In this document: positions 9,697 through 18,775 of the stretch, piece after piece
Layout of the letters: every line of letters starts with the position of its first letter
Position numbering within the stretch: position 1 is the stretch's first letter
DNA from: Candidatus Binatia bacterium
GTDB taxonomy: Bacteria > Desulfobacterota > Binatia > Bin18
NCBI GenBank assembly: GCA_963664395.2
Contig: OY761159.2
Location: 448,001-512,000, forward strand
Direction of reading: 5' to 3'
Length of the DNA stretch: 64,000 nt
The notes under the pieces: generated by a model
Told to the model about the DNA's origin: nothing
What the model saw: the letters and a program-made list of their open reading frames with translations, nothing else
Databases searched by the model: none
Position numbers and translations under genes: made by a program

Positions 9697-11385
9697 ATGT
9701 TGCGGGCCTGCCCTGCTTTTGTTTCTCTTTGCCTGCTCTTCCTTGCCCTGCCCCTCTCCCCCGCCCGCGCGGACTTCACCTATGGTGATCTTTCCCTGTC
9801 CGGCAATCTGCAAACGCAGCAGATCTTTCGTCATCCGGAACCGGACAAATGGTCGATCATTCAGCAGCGCAACGTCCTCCGAGCGCGGGTGGAGTATGAC
9901 TGGATCAAAAACGGTCAGGCGTTCAGCCGCTTCTCCCTACCGGGCATAGACTATGCGAACTTTGTCGGCCTGTACCGGGGCGTGTATGACAGCGTGTACG
10001 ATTTTCAACCGGGTCCGCGCCAAGACGTGTTTCCCTATCGCGGCCAAGCCGGCCGTGACGGCACCTTCTCCGCGCTCTCCCACAGAGCGGCCCATGCCCT
10101 GCGCTTTGAGAGTACGTTTCGCGAAGTCTTCACCGACATCGAGTTCGCCCGGATACCACTGTCCTTGCGACTCGGTCGTCAAATGGTGGTGTGGGGAGAG
10201 TCTGACAATCTACGGCTGCTCGACCGCACCAACGCGCTGGATACCACCTGGCACGGGGGCGGCGTTGGCCAGGAGACCTGGGACGACCTGCGTATTCCGT
10301 ATTGGATGATACGCGGCACCTATAGTTTTGGTCGGATTGGGAGTTTGAGCGATGTGTATGCCGAGTCCTATTGGGTGCCGGGGCTGTGGGTGCCGCTCAA
10401 ATTTGGCTTCTCTCCGGGGCGTCCCTGGAGTTCGCCGAGTGCGAATCCGTTTGGGGGGAGTCCGACCGGAGGAAATTTCAGGCTCCTCAACCGCACGGCC
10501 CTGGGTCGGCGGGGCAACTATAGTAAAAGCATCGATGAGAATAGCCAGGTCGGCTTCCGGGTAGGCGCAACCACTCCGCAGGGTATTACCTTCACCCTGA
10601 ACTATCTGTATCAACGCGTGGCCCACGATGATGGAGTCAATACCTCCGGTCTACGTGGTCTCAACCAGTGCCGGCTTGGAACACTGGGCTGTGAGACGGT
10701 AGCCGACGTTGCCCGCAGCAATACCGATCTGATGGAGCGCGGCATTCTACCGGCGGAAGCCTACTATCCCTATACCCATGCGGTCGGCATCTCCGCCAGT
10801 TATGCGGACGATGACTATACCGAGGGCGTGTGGCGCATGGAAACGATTTATGAGTTCGGCAAGCCCTTCGCCGATAAACGCAAGCCGATTATGATTCTGG
10901 ATGAGGGCGAGCGGCCCATAGAGAGTGGCTTCCTGGGGATTAAGAAGAGCGATGTCTGGCAGGCGTTTATCGGCTTTGACCGCCCGACCTGGATGCGCGC
11001 CCTCAACCGCCGCTCCACGTTTTTCCTGACCTCGCAGGTCTTCTGGCAATATATTCCGACCAGCACCTCCCGTTTTCAGGGGCAGATTTCAGCCACGGAC
11101 AAAGTCCGCAATTGGGAAGCCGTCGGCACGATTGCCGCCAGCACCACCTATATGCGAGGCAAGCTCCTGCCGGTGGCCTTCTTTGTCATTGACCCGATCA
11201 ACCACTACAGTTCCCAGCTCGGCTGGGTAGTGGATTACTATATCACTCCCCGGCTGATCGTCCGGCTCGCCCAGAATTATTTCTTCGTGCCCGGCTTTGG
11301 CGGCCAGGTGGACGAGAGCTGGGGGTTGGGCGGACTGTATCGCAAGCGGGACGAGACCGTTGTCCGCCTGACCTATCAGTTTTAG
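9697..11385 (+). CDS. DUF1302 family outer-membrane beta-barrel protein
   Basis: Signal peptide ending ARA, LRLGRQMVVWGESD, DLRIP, C-terminal YQF; paired with DUF1329; start uncertain (9673 or 9697). Confidence 0.8.
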   Translation: MLRACPAFVSLCLLFLALPLSPARADFTYGDLSLSGNLQTQQIFRHPEPDKWSIIQQRNVLRARVEYDWIKNGQAFSRFSLPGIDYANFVGLYRGVYDSVYDFQPGPRQDVFPYRGQAGRDGTFSALSHRAAHALRFESTFREVFTDIEFARIPLSLRLGRQMVVWGESDNLRLLDRTNALDTTWHGGGVGQETWDDLRIPYWMIRGTYSFGRIGSLSDVYAESYWVPGLWVPLKFGFSPGRPWSSPSANPFGGSPTGGNFRLLNRTALGRRGNYSKSIDENSQVGFRVGATTPQGITFTLNYLYQRVAHDDGVNTSGLRGLNQCRLGTLGCETVADVARSNTDLMERGILPAEAYYPYTHAVGISASYADDDYTEGVWRMETIYEFGKPFADKRKPIMILDEGERPIESGFLGIKKSDVWQAFIGFDRPTWMRALNRRSTFFLTSQVFWQYIPTSTSRFQGQISATDKVRNWEAVGTIAASTTYMRGKLLPVAFFVIDPINHYSSQLGWVVDYYITPRLIVRLAQNYFFVPGFGGQVDESWGLGGLYRKRDETVVRLTYQF

Positions 11386-11388
11386 CGA

Positions 11389-12222
11389 TTACGCCTCAAC
11401 CGGCGTATCCGCCAGGCGTCCCCACAGATTCCACGAGGCGTCGAAACTGCGCACGGACGGATAGCCGAGCAGTTGGGTCAGTACAAACCAGGTATGGGCC
11501 GAGCGGATGCCAACCGCGCAGTAGGTGATCGTTTCCTTGTCGGCGGTGACGCCGTGGCTGGCGTACAGGGCGGCCAGCTCGTCCGCGGACTTAAACGTGT
11601 CGTCCTCGTTGAGCGCATCCTCATAATAGAGGTGGGTTGCGCCCGGAATATGGCCGGCCCGCTCGCTGCCCTGGGGCGGCTCCAGCAGGAATAATTCACC
11701 CCGATATTCCTCGGGTGTGCGGACGTCCAGCAAGACCTGGTTCTCTTGCCCAACGGCAGCCTGGACGCGTTCCTGTAAAGCCCGCAGGTCCGGGTCGGGT
11801 TCTCGGGCGGCATAACTCGTTGCCGTAACGGTCGGCACCTCGGTCGTCAGCGCGTGGCCGTCGGCCACCCATTTCTTGCGTCCGCCGTTGAGGATGCGCA
11901 CATCAGCGTGACCGACGGATTTGAGAAACCAGAATACCCATGGAGCAATCGCACTATGGTCGCTATAGGCGATCACAGTGGTGTCGTTGTCTATGCCCGC
12001 CCGTCCGCAGAACTGTTCTACTGAGTCTTTGTCAAAATTGACGCTCCAGTCCGGCTTGAGCAGGGTCCCAAAACCGTTCCAAAAGACTGCCCCTGGAATA
12101 TGGCCGGACTCGTACGGCGCCGGGTCAATATGCGTGTCAACGATCCGCACCTGCGGGTCAGTCAAGTGTTCGACAACCCACTGCGGGTCAACAAGCACCT
12201 CAGGATGTGCATAATCTTTCAT
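11389..12222 (-). CDS. Tandem-domain sulfurtransferase (rhodanese, SseA/CysA family)
   Basis: Two GHIPGA motifs, LNGGRKKW, active-site loop YCAVGIRSA. Confidence 0.92.
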   Translation of the reverse strand: MKDYAHPEVLVDPQWVVEHLTDPQVRIVDTHIDPAPYESGHIPGAVFWNGFGTLLKPDWSVNFDKDSVEQFCGRAGIDNDTTVIAYSDHSAIAPWVFWFLKSVGHADVRILNGGRKKWVADGHALTTEVPTVTATSYAAREPDPDLRALQERVQAAVGQENQVLLDVRTPEEYRGELFLLEPPQGSERAGHIPGATHLYYEDALNEDDTFKSADELAALYASHGVTADKETITYCAVGIRSAHTWFVLTQLLGYPSVRSFDASWNLWGRLADTPVEA

Positions 12223-12406
12223 CGATTCTATCTCCTCTGTTCAGGCTAAGGGACGTGCTCGACACCCTACGCAACCGGCGACACTCGGGTCAACGGCGCC
12301 ACAAGTAAACAGGATAGTCGCCGGTATTTGTGAACATTGCTTGCCCCATTCCCGCCGAGACGCTAAAGAGGACTCACGTGCAGAGCGCGGCGAGGAGAAC
12401 GAAACC

Positions 12407-13057
12407 ATGGCTGACGAACGAGACGTGCATGTTCCAGCAACCCAGGGCGCGGCCTGCGTGGTCCGGCAAGGAGAAACGATTCGCATTGTTGATGTGGAAG
12501 GCCAGCAGATCTGCGATTTCGTGTGTTTTCACCTGCATCACCTGGCAGAAAAGCTGTCTACCGGTGAAACCGTGAATTTCAATACGTTGACCGGAAGTTG
12601 ATGTGGAAGGCCAGCAGATCTGCGATTTCGTGGTTCCCTGCATTTCACGGTCGGCAGCAGGTTCTACTCAAATCTCCAGCATCCAATGTTTGAGATTGTT
12701 GAGGACCAGGCCAACGGAGTGCACGACGCCCTGTTTGCTCCGTGCAGCAGCGCTTTATATGCGGCGGCGGGCGCTCTCAACCATCGCAATTGTCGAGACA
12801 ACCTCACTGAGGCGGTGGAGCCGTATGGCCTTGGCTACCTCGACGTGCCCGATCCGATTAACCTGTTCCAATATACGCGTGTCCGAGCCGATGGGAGCAT
12901 TGATGGTCGCCCCGCGGCAACCCAAGCGGGAGAATATGTCGCCCTGAAAGCGCTCATGGACTGCCTGGTCGCAGTCTCGGCGTGCCCCTATGACATAGAA
13001 ATTGACGGCCAGCGACCCAATGGTGCACGGTGTAGTCCTCTAAAAATTGAGTTCTAG
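12407..13057 (+). pseudogene. Urea carboxylase-associated/DUF1989 family protein interrupted by a 36-bp internal duplication
   Basis: IVDVEGQQICD, HDALFAPC, NCRDNL, PDPINLF, AVSACP motifs; 12488-12523 re-inserted at 12597-12632, creating TGA; excision restores one ORF. Confidence 0.88.
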
Positions 13058-13064
13058 GAAAACG

Positions 13065-13985
13065 CTACGACTCCAACCCCTCACGCAACGGCGTGTGAGG
13101 GACTCGTTCCTTCCAAGGCTTGTACGTCTGCGCGTTCTCGGGCGTGATGAGCCGCCCAAGACCGGCAATGAAAGACTCGCCGTGTAAGTCTTCCCCATCA
13201 AGCAGCACACGCGTTATCAGATCACCCATCGTTGCTCCGATGTTGGTAATCTCAATATCCCACGTTCCGTGAGACTTTCCGGCAAGAACTGCTTCGACGG
13301 CCTTTGGACTGCCGTTGCGCGATACTATTTTCATCTCACCAGAGCGGCCGGCCGCCTCTATCGCATCGAGTGTTCCCAGCATGGTTTCGTCGTTGAACGG
13401 AATCAGACCGGCCAAGCCTGTAAAATCAGCCAAGAGGCGACGAGCCGCCTCTCGACCGCCTGCGGCTACGTCTTCCAGGTTACGGTAGCGTTCCTCAAAT
13501 GGATCATTGACAAGGCTGAACCCGCTCTGTCTCACTCCGTGAACGATTCCAGTGACAAGCTCAATGTCATCAATGACTTCCGGCCCGCCGATTATCGCGA
13601 CCCGTGCCCCAACAGACAGAAGCGAGGCCAGATATTCAGCCATATACACGCCGTGATTAAAGTTCGCGTAGACTAACGACGCATCGACCGGATAACGTGG
13701 TCGCTCAAACGAGCAGACCGGAATGCCCTGTTGGCGAGCGGCCTCGACCGCCTCGGCAGGCTGTACGGGATCAAGGACATACACGATGATAGCGTCCACC
13801 CCAGCCTGAACACCTTGCCGAATCGCTTGATGCTGTCTCTCGATCCAATCCGGCCTGCGCACATCCACTGTCAGCGTCCGCAGCTCAATCCCCGCCTGTT
13901 GCAAGCGGTGATCAAGTCCATGAGCTAGCGCATCCAGACCTGGGTGCGCCCCGTATTCCATTACATTGACGTAGAGTACCCGCAC
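13065..13985 (-). CDS. RbsB/LacI-type sugar-binding-fold protein without signal peptide
   Basis: GVDAIIV, A..GIPV, NDETMLG type I periplasmic-binding-protein motifs. Confidence 0.8.
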   Translation of the reverse strand: MRVLYVNVMEYGAHPGLDALAHGLDHRLQQAGIELRTLTVDVRRPDWIERQHQAIRQGVQAGVDAIIVYVLDPVQPAEAVEAARQQGIPVCSFERPRYPVDASLVYANFNHGVYMAEYLASLLSVGARVAIIGGPEVIDDIELVTGIVHGVRQSGFSLVNDPFEERYRNLEDVAAGGREAARRLLADFTGLAGLIPFNDETMLGTLDAIEAAGRSGEMKIVSRNGSPKAVEAVLAGKSHGTWDIEITNIGATMGDLITRVLLDGEDLHGESFIAGLGRLITPENAQTYKPWKERVPHTPLREGLES

Positions 13986-13999
13986 GACATCCCCCCGCT

Positions 14000-14926
14000 T
14001 TAGAGCCCGACTGACAGCGGCGTGCAGTCTACCCGCTCTGACCAGGGCTGCCAGCTTTCAATATTGTTTTGGGTAATCATCCGGCCAGCCGGACTCATGG
14101 TCAGGTAATCTTCAAGGCCTTCGCCACCCACCAGATGACGGACAACCAAATCGCCGAGGGTTGTTCCAATCCCTGAGGCATCCAGGTCCCAGGTGCCGAG
14201 GGTTTTCCCGGCACGGACCATCTCAACCGCTTGCGGAGAACCATTCCGAGAGACGATCTTGATGGCACCCAGCCTTCCGGTTTCTTCGAGCACGCTTACG
14301 CAGCCGAGCATGGTCTCGTCATTATAGGGAATGAGTCCTTGCAGTTGTGACTGAGGGACCTCCTCCAGCAGGCGTAAGGTTGGTTCACGCGCGCCTTCCG
14401 ACACGTCTTGGACATTGCAATACTGTGTATCCTCAGGGTCATTCAGCAAACGACAGTGGCTGCGTTTCAGCGCGTATACCAAACCGGCCACTTCTTCTGC
14501 ATCGTCCACCGTATCCGGTCCTCCAATCACGCCCACGCCACTGTCTGTCGGCAAAACCGAGGCCAAATATTCAGCCATGAACACGCCGTGATTGAAATTC
14601 GGATACACCACAGACGCATTGACTGGGTAATGCGGTTTCACAAAAGAAAAGACGGGAATTCCTGCCGAGCGCGCCTTGGCAACCGCCTCACCAAATAGTG
14701 TCGGGTCGAGGGCATAAATAACAATACCATCGACCTTCGCCCGTATCCCTGCCTCGATCGCGGCCTCATATTTTTTGCGCATGTCCGGTTCGCGGAAATC
14801 GGCAAACAGCACCGGCAGCCGGATATCCGCGGCGTGCAGGACCGATTGCAGCCCGTAGGCGAGCGCGTCTATGGCGGGATTGGCATCGAGGTGAATGGGG
14901 TTCACATATAAGACTCGCTTACTCAT
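14000..14926 (-). CDS. RbsB/LacI-type sugar-binding-fold protein without signal peptide (paralog of neighbour)
   Basis: KVDGIVI, AGIPV, NDETMLG; shares VY(P/A)NFNHGV(F/Y)MAEYLAS and IVSRNGSP with 13065-13985. Confidence 0.8.
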   Translation of the reverse strand: MSKRVLYVNPIHLDANPAIDALAYGLQSVLHAADIRLPVLFADFREPDMRKKYEAAIEAGIRAKVDGIVIYALDPTLFGEAVAKARSAGIPVFSFVKPHYPVNASVVYPNFNHGVFMAEYLASVLPTDSGVGVIGGPDTVDDAEEVAGLVYALKRSHCRLLNDPEDTQYCNVQDVSEGAREPTLRLLEEVPQSQLQGLIPYNDETMLGCVSVLEETGRLGAIKIVSRNGSPQAVEMVRAGKTLGTWDLDASGIGTTLGDLVVRHLVGGEGLEDYLTMSPAGRMITQNNIESWQPWSERVDCTPLSVGL

Positions 14927-15049
14927 GGCCGACCTCGTATTATGTTTTTTCGCCACGTAGCACGCGGGGGTGACAGGTGCAAGCGAAAGACCGACTTCCT
15001 TTTCCCCTCCGTGTGGAGAAATGGCAAAAAACATTATACACACAGCGCT

Positions 15050-15514
15050 ATGGACACCTCTGAACACAAGCTCAAACAGTTTATTGCCGCTGGTGGTATT
15101 GAGGCGGAACATTTATCTTTCGAGCAGTCATGTCACTCGGTGGCCGAAGCGGCCGCGGTGGTCGGCACCGACCCGGAGCATTTTGTCAAGAATATCTGCA
15201 TGACGGACGCCCAGGGACAGGTGATTGTCGCCATCGTCAAGGGCGAAGATCGAGCCAGCACCTCGCGGGTTGCCAAGGCACTCCAGACCGAGCAGGTGAG
15301 AACCATGACGCCGGACGAAATGCTCGTCAAAACGGGCTATCCGTGCGGAGGGACACCATCGTTTGGGTTTGCCGCGACGTTTCTTATTGACCCTCGGGTC
15401 ATGCAGAAAGATGAAGTGTATACCGGCGGTGGGTCAGAAACCGCCTTGGTCCGGGTCTCGCCCCAGGTACTCCTGCGGGCCAACGGCGGCAGAGTTGTCA
15501 GGATCAGGAAATAA
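15050..15514 (+). CDS. YbaK/EbsC family aminoacyl-tRNA deacylase-like protein
   Basis: SVAEAA, VKNI, TGYPCGGTPSFG, VYTGGGS. Confidence 0.85.
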   Translation: MDTSEHKLKQFIAAGGIEAEHLSFEQSCHSVAEAAAVVGTDPEHFVKNICMTDAQGQVIVAIVKGEDRASTSRVAKALQTEQVRTMTPDEMLVKTGYPCGGTPSFGFAATFLIDPRVMQKDEVYTGGGSETALVRVSPQVLLRANGGRVVRIRK

Positions 15515-15590
15515 GACGGCGGCTGGAAAGAAGCGCTCAAGAGCGGTATGTAGAACGGGTCGGAGCAGCAATAATCGCCAAGGAGGGTAT

Positions 15591-16445
15591 ATGAGCAAAG
15601 TCACACTCACGACCGTGGGGCCAGACGTCAGCGCGGAAGCCTACCTGTCCGCGGTCGAGCGGGACGGCGGGGTGATTATCGAAAACCTGCTTGAGCCCGA
15701 CTTGCTGAGACGACTCAACACCGAACTCGACGGCTATATCGCCACCCACCCACCCGGTAGTCGCAGCGACGAAGAACTCTGGCAAGTCTTTCATGGCCAG
15801 AAAACGATCCGTTTTTGCGGTCTGGCCGCCAAATCAAAAGCGTTTATTGAGGTTCTGCTCCACCCCGGGCTCAAGGCGTTTGCGGATCATTATCTTTTGC
15901 CCAATTGCGGCTCGTATTGGCTGAACACCTCCCAGACCATGATCGTTGGTGGGGGCGAACCAGCCCAGATGCTGCACCGCGATGAGGCCAACTGGCCCCA
16001 TTTTCCCTGGCCCGGCCCGGAACTCACGGTCAGTTCCATGTTTGCCCTGAACGACTTCACCCAAGAGAACGGCGCTACACTTGTCGCGCCGGGCAGCCAT
16101 CGCTGGCAGGACCCGGAGCGCGAGGCTCGACCCGAAGAACTGGCCCAGGCAGTCATGCCGGCCGGCTCTGTTCTGCTCTACACGGGAAAAGTCATTCACG
16201 GGGCCGGGGCAAACCGCACGCCGGACGCATGGCGGCACGGGATGCACGTTGGCTTTGTTCTTGGCTGGTTGCGCCCGGAGGAGCACCATTCCTTAGCTGT
16301 TCCTTTTGAAGTCGCCCGCCAACTGCCCGAACAGGCCCAGCACCTCCTGGGCTACCGCTCGTATCATCCTCATCCGTCCGCCTTTGGTGGACGGCTGGGC
16401 CTGGTGGACTTCGAGGACGCGGCCCTGGTGGCAGCGCAGAGCTGA
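15591..16445 (+). CDS. Phytanoyl-CoA dioxygenase (PhyH) family Fe(II)/2OG dioxygenase
   Basis: QMLHRD (HxD), NGATLVAPGSH, IHGAGAN. Confidence 0.9.
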   Translation: MSKVTLTTVGPDVSAEAYLSAVERDGGVIIENLLEPDLLRRLNTELDGYIATHPPGSRSDEELWQVFHGQKTIRFCGLAAKSKAFIEVLLHPGLKAFADHYLLPNCGSYWLNTSQTMIVGGGEPAQMLHRDEANWPHFPWPGPELTVSSMFALNDFTQENGATLVAPGSHRWQDPEREARPEELAQAVMPAGSVLLYTGKVIHGAGANRTPDAWRHGMHVGFVLGWLRPEEHHSLAVPFEVARQLPEQAQHLLGYRSYHPHPSAFGGRLGLVDFEDAALVAAQS

Positions 16446-16499
16446 CGTTGGGCCGACCTGCTCCAGTCGGCCGGCTGAAACGACGCTTCCCAGGGGTGC

Positions 16500-17708
16500 C
16501 TACTTACGCAGCCCCATTTTGCGCAGGAGGGGCAACACCTCATCATGGCATATATGCAACCCTTTGATCGGATCGAAAAAGGATAGCAGTACCCCGCGTT
16601 GGCCGGCCTGCTCGTGGACCGCGCGGAGCTGCTCTGCCACCGTTTGCGGGCCGCCACACATCTGATACCCGGTCAGACCCAGTGCGACCTCACGGTAGGC
16701 GTCTTCTCCCACCTGCTCCCGCATACGTTTGGTTGTGTCGCGTTGCCGGTCTGGCGCGAAGGAGAGCGGTTGTGCTGTGGCTCGCTCCACAAAGGTATCC
16801 GTCGCGTCTTCGTCAATCTTTTCGACTAAGCGCTTATAGGTGGCTTCCGCCTGTGTGTCGGTTCCCTCAATAACGACATAGGCATGCGTCATGGGGTCAA
16901 CGCGCCGGCCATAATGCGCCGCGCGGTTCTTCACCGTATCCGCGGCCAGTTTCATCTTCTCGATGCCTCCGGAGCAGAACAACCACTCACAGTGCTTGGC
17001 CGCAAACTCGATACCGGCAGGTGAGGACCCGGCATTGACCAGATACGGCCGCGGCTTACGGACGGGTTTTGGACTCACATAGGCCCCATAGGATTTGTAG
17101 AACTCGCCTTCATAGGTGATGGGCTCCTGACTCGACCAGGCCCACTTCATGAGGGTGACAAACTCGTCCGCCATTTCGTAGCGCAGATCGTGGTCGGGAA
17201 AGGTTTGCCCGAACAAGGCCTGCTCATCTTCGATCCAGCCCGTCACCACATTCAGGCCCCAGCGGCCCTGTGAGAGATAGTCGATCGTCGCCCCGAACTT
17301 GGCGAAGTGCAGAGGATGAAATCCGTATGACACGTGGGCCGTGGAAAAGAGCAGAATCCGGCGTGTGAGCGGAGCCAGCGCGGCGGCCGTCGTCAGGAAA
17401 TCGAGCGAGTCTTCGTTAAAGCGCGTTTCCCCGCCGTGCCCGAGCCAGCGGCCAAACGGCACCTGGAATTCAAGCCCCATCCGCTCGGCGAACTGGATCA
17501 GATACTGGGCCGTATCCCAGTGCCAGAAGTTTTGATATCGGTCCGGATCGTCGAGCACGGCTTTGGAGATGGTCGCCCCACCGGTCAGGTTCCAGGCAAA
17601 GAGTCCCAGTAAGAGTGGATGCGGACTATCGACCGTAGGCTGCCCGCCCGGATCAAACGGCCCCCGGGTAATCTGTACCCGTTCTCCATAGTGCCCTACT
17701 CTGCCCAT
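16500..17708 (-). CDS. LLM-class flavin-dependent monooxygenase (SfnG/RutA/SsuD-like)
   Basis: WNLTGG, HPLHFAKFGATIDYLSQGRWGLNVVTGW, NAGSSPAG. Confidence 0.88.
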   Translation of the reverse strand: MGRVGHYGERVQITRGPFDPGGQPTVDSPHPLLLGLFAWNLTGGATISKAVLDDPDRYQNFWHWDTAQYLIQFAERMGLEFQVPFGRWLGHGGETRFNEDSLDFLTTAAALAPLTRRILLFSTAHVSYGFHPLHFAKFGATIDYLSQGRWGLNVVTGWIEDEQALFGQTFPDHDLRYEMADEFVTLMKWAWSSQEPITYEGEFYKSYGAYVSPKPVRKPRPYLVNAGSSPAGIEFAAKHCEWLFCSGGIEKMKLAADTVKNRAAHYGRRVDPMTHAYVVIEGTDTQAEATYKRLVEKIDEDATDTFVERATAQPLSFAPDRQRDTTKRMREQVGEDAYREVALGLTGYQMCGGPQTVAEQLRAVHEQAGQRGVLLSFFDPIKGLHICHDEVLPLLRKMGLRK

Positions 17709-17744
17709 TCGCCAGTCTCCCGTTACGAATTTCCAAACACTCGC

Positions 17745-18671
17745 TTAGGTCTCATGGAAGGTTTCCCGTGGCAGGCCACTCAAGTCCACCAGTGCTTCAG
17801 GTCTCAGTTGCCGAGGAATCGCCCCTAAGGTGCACATCGTCTCCACCGCCACCGCCAAGCCGTCCATATCAATCAGGCCGGTCGTGTTCCAAATCGGCAA
17901 GGTCCGCGTCAACGCCTGCTCGACAGTGGCAGGCTCGTACGCTGGCATATACGCGCAGACCATGGCTTTGGTTTCTTCAGGATAGGCGGTGCAGTATTGG
18001 GCGCCTTTGAGATATCCCCGTAACAACTTCCGCAGCAACCTTGGTTGCTCTGCGATAAAATCCTCGCGCGCCACCAACAGCCCCCATTGAAAATGGGGTT
18101 TCACTCGACTGGCCGGCTCCACCACTCGCAGCGCTCCCTGCCGCTCGCCCAGGGAGACCCACGGCTCTACTATCAGTTGGGCGCACAGTTCCCCGGAAGC
18201 GAGGCCATCAATCTTATTATAGTCTTGCCAGAGCTCCCGGTAGGCAACGTCTCGCTCGGGATCAAGGCCGGCCCGCTTCAGCTCCAGCTTCAGGAGATGC
18301 CCGTCGCAGCTCCCGCGGGATAACACGCCGACGGTCTTCCCCCGCAGTTCGGCCAGCTCCTGGATTTCCGGGCGGACAACAAACAAGAAGTGATCAAGAT
18401 TACCGATCACACTACTGGCAATAATCTTGCCTGGGAACACCCCTTTACCAACAGCCGTCAAAAAAGGCGGACTCCCCATCCTGCCGACCTGAATTTCTCC
18501 GCGCCCCATCGCCTGCGCCAGCGCATCTCCACCAGGGACAACCCGGATGTGGAGATTGATCCCTTCCTCTAAGAAAAATCCCTGCTGAAGCGCCATCACA
18601 AAGGGCCAGTCATGCTGGCCGCCTTGATTGGCATGTCCCCACGTAAAGTCTACGCAGGCCTGCTCTGCCAT
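17745..18671 (-). CDS. NitT/TauT (NMT1-like) substrate-binding-fold protein without signal peptide
   Basis: GFFLEEGI, ELRGKTVGV, GLDPERDV; hydrophilic N-terminus. Confidence 0.8.
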   Translation of the reverse strand: MAEQACVDFTWGHANQGGQHDWPFVMALQQGFFLEEGINLHIRVVPGGDALAQAMGRGEIQVGRMGSPPFLTAVGKGVFPGKIIASSVIGNLDHFLFVVRPEIQELAELRGKTVGVLSRGSCDGHLLKLELKRAGLDPERDVAYRELWQDYNKIDGLASGELCAQLIVEPWVSLGERQGALRVVEPASRVKPHFQWGLLVAREDFIAEQPRLLRKLLRGYLKGAQYCTAYPEETKAMVCAYMPAYEPATVEQALTRTLPIWNTTGLIDMDGLAVAVETMCTLGAIPRQLRPEALVDLSGLPRETFHET

Positions 18672-18775
18672 TGCTTATCCTCCTTGGCTGAGTATGGACA
18701 AGAGGTATTCGACCACGTTAATCCTGAGTAGCACCTTTCATGTGGATGTGAAATGTCTCGATCCAGGAGGGAACT

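Noticed and set aside
12488-12632. Two 36-bp identical repeats as a mini-CRISPR
   Set aside because: The repeat and the 73-bp 'spacer' are both coding sequence of the DUF1989 gene; non-palindromic, no leader, no cas genes
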